Shown here: piece by piece, positions 61,840-64,000 of the stretch
Layout of the letters: every line of letters begins with the position of its first letter
Numbering within the stretch: position 1 is the stretch's first letter
Source of the DNA: Malacoraja senta
Taxonomy: Eukaryota
NCBI GenBank assembly: GCA_038087875.1
Contig: CM075990.1
Coordinates: 15,378,001 to 15,442,000, forward strand
Reading direction: 5' to 3'
DNA length: 64,000 nucleotides
Notes under the pieces: generated by a model
The model's database searches: none
Told to the model about the DNA's origin: nothing
Seen by the model: the letters and a program-made list of their open reading frames with translations, nothing else
Program-made: the position numbers and the translations under genes

Positions 61840-63428
61840 CTATCACATGGCCTTTAGCCTTCTGCGCCTTGCTGATCAAAGTCGTAAAAGTCGCTGCCTC
61901 CAACTCCCATTTAGGGTGTGTATTCCACTGCCACCCACCCTTTGGGTGAAAAGAATTCTTCCTTATGTGTGTAACTTATCCATTCTGTAAGTGAAATGTA
62001 TGTGAAAGCGTGCCTTTGTGTGTTACTTGGGGAAAGTCTCGCTGACTTGATATTAAACAAATTTTATTGTCATGTTGGCAATAATATTGCAGTGTTTTTC
62101 TTGCCCTGGAGGCCCATAATAATTGATACAATGGGACCGCATACACTCTTTGCCGGGGCTGGCAATGCTTATAGGAGGGCATGTATTCCAGAGAGTGCTA
62201 AATCATTTAAAGTGTGGCAAGGTTGTCATAGTTCCACCCCTTCACCCATGCTTTATTTTGGCGGCACTGGGACAAACTGAGGCTGACCTGATGAGGTTCT
62301 GCATGAGGACAAAGGTCCTCATTTCTGTTCTAAACTGTGTGCAAGCATTTTAATTTTCATCCGCAATCTATCTGCTGAAGGAAGTCAGGGGGTTAGGCAG
62401 TATCTGTGGAGAGAGAGGGATGGGTGACATTTTGGGATGAGTCGCTTTGGCTGGGCTGAAAGAGGAGAGGGCAGATGGCCAGTGTAAAGGGGAGAGGGGA
62501 GGGGTGGGACAAGAACTGGTACATGATGGGTCGATCCAGGGGAGGAGCGGTTGTGTGACAGATGGAGACCGGAGGAGAAGGGACGGGTGGGGATAGCGAC
62601 TGAGGCCGAGAGGGGAGAGGTGGAGGCAACAAAGGGTGGCAGATGATGGAAAATAACAGCAAAGGAATGTGAGGGGTGGAAGAAAATAAGGAAGGTGGGG
62701 GGGGGGCAAATGGGAAGAGAGGGAGACAGTGGTGGGGGTGGGAATATTGACACAAGGGAGGGGACAGTGTGGCATCAGAAGCTCTGTGATAGGGACAGTG
62801 TGTCATTGCGGAGAGGGGAAATGGGCCAAGGTTTTGGGGTTGCATGGAGTCAGGATGCCACTATGTGGGAAAGGGGTGGGAGGGTGGGTTTGGAGTATGA
62901 ATAGCAAAGGAGAGGACAGGGCTCCACCATGGATGGGAATTAGCAGGGAGTAGGGAAAGGGGCAGGCAATGTTCATGGAAGGTGGGGGTGAGATGGAAAA
63001 GGATTATATTTTTGAATGGGGACATGGATGTGCAGGGAATGGCGGATGTGGATTATGTGCAGTCAGACCAAGAGTTGATCTTGGCATCATGTTCGACACA
63101 GTCATTATGGCCCATGTCCACAATGGAGTAGAGGTGAATTACTCAGTACCCTAGATTATGGAAGGAGCCTGATTACAGAAGGCAAAAAGCTGAGCCTGAG
63201 TCTGGTGGTGCATAATCTCCAGCTTCTTTACATTCTGCTGGGGAGAAGGGCGGACTGGGGGTGGGACAAGTCTTTCATTATGTTTGCTGCTTTTCTGAGG
63301 CAGCGTCAAGTGTAGATGGAGTCAATGGTGGGAAGTCTGTGTAACGGACCGGGTTACATCTACAATGCTCTGTAATTTCTTATTGTCTTAGGCAGAGCTG
63401 TAATGCAACCTAACGGCATGCTTTCTAA

Positions 63429-63747
63429 TGGGCCTGTCCCACTGTACGAGGTAATTCAAGAGCTCTCCCGAGTTAAAAAAAAAAATCAAACTGGTGGTAA
63501 GTACGTAGAATGTACGTTGCGGGTATGTCGGAGCTCGGGGACGTCTCTTAGCGGCTCGTAACGCTAACGGCAGGTACTCGGGAAACGCGGTAAGCTCGGG
63601 AAGACTGGTGAAGATTTTTCAACATGTTGAAAAATGTCCACGAGAGCCCTGAGTACCTACGAGCGGCCATTATCGGAATTCTCCGAGTTCGAATCAGGGC
63701 AAACTCGGGAGAACTCTTGAATGAACTCGTACCGTGGGACAGGGCCA
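63429..63747. mobile_element. PIF/Harbinger-type MITE
   Basis: TIR tgggcctgtcccac / gtgggacagggcca with perfect TAA TSD. Confidence 0.9.
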
Positions 63748-64000
63748 TAAGATGCATCTGTAGCAGTCTAAGCAGTCATTGGAGAAATGCCAAATGTCAT
63801 CAGTCCCCTCAGGAGGTAAAGGTACTGGTGTGGACCAAGTTGCCCATCTAAGTGAGTCCTAGTAATCCTCATTTGCCCCATATCCCTCTACAACATTCCT
63901 ATTCATGTACCTGTCCGAACATCTTTTAAAAATTGTTATTGTACAGGGCTCAGACACCTCCTCTGGAAGCTTGGTCCACATGGACTGGGGAGATTTGGCA

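Overview
Repeat-dense vertebrate DNA, almost certainly from a cartilaginous fish (skate/ray-like). This is inferred from abundant HE1-type V-SINEs and HER1/CR1 LINE fragments. Most of the window looks like intronic or intergenic sequence filled with CR1, L2, Rex1/Babar, RTE and L1 fragments, SINEs and microsatellites, plus one 200-N gap. A few short minus-strand candidate exons may belong to one unidentified host gene ending near 3.7 kb, and a possible convergent plus-strand last exon lies at 2.3-2.5 kb. Four structures stand out. (1) A young Penelope-like (Neptune-type RT + GIY-YIG) retroelement whose 3' repeat carries a minimal hammerhead-ribozyme core; about 20 short non-autonomous copies of that repeat are scattered through the window, some as TSD-flanked palindromes. 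(2) A PIF/Harbinger deletion derivative retaining pieces of both genes, plus five MITEs with the same termini. (3) A tandem pair of non-autonomous Helitron-like elements. (4) A covarying hairpin shared by three otherwise different non-coding retroposons. No database searches were run; family names come from motif recognition.
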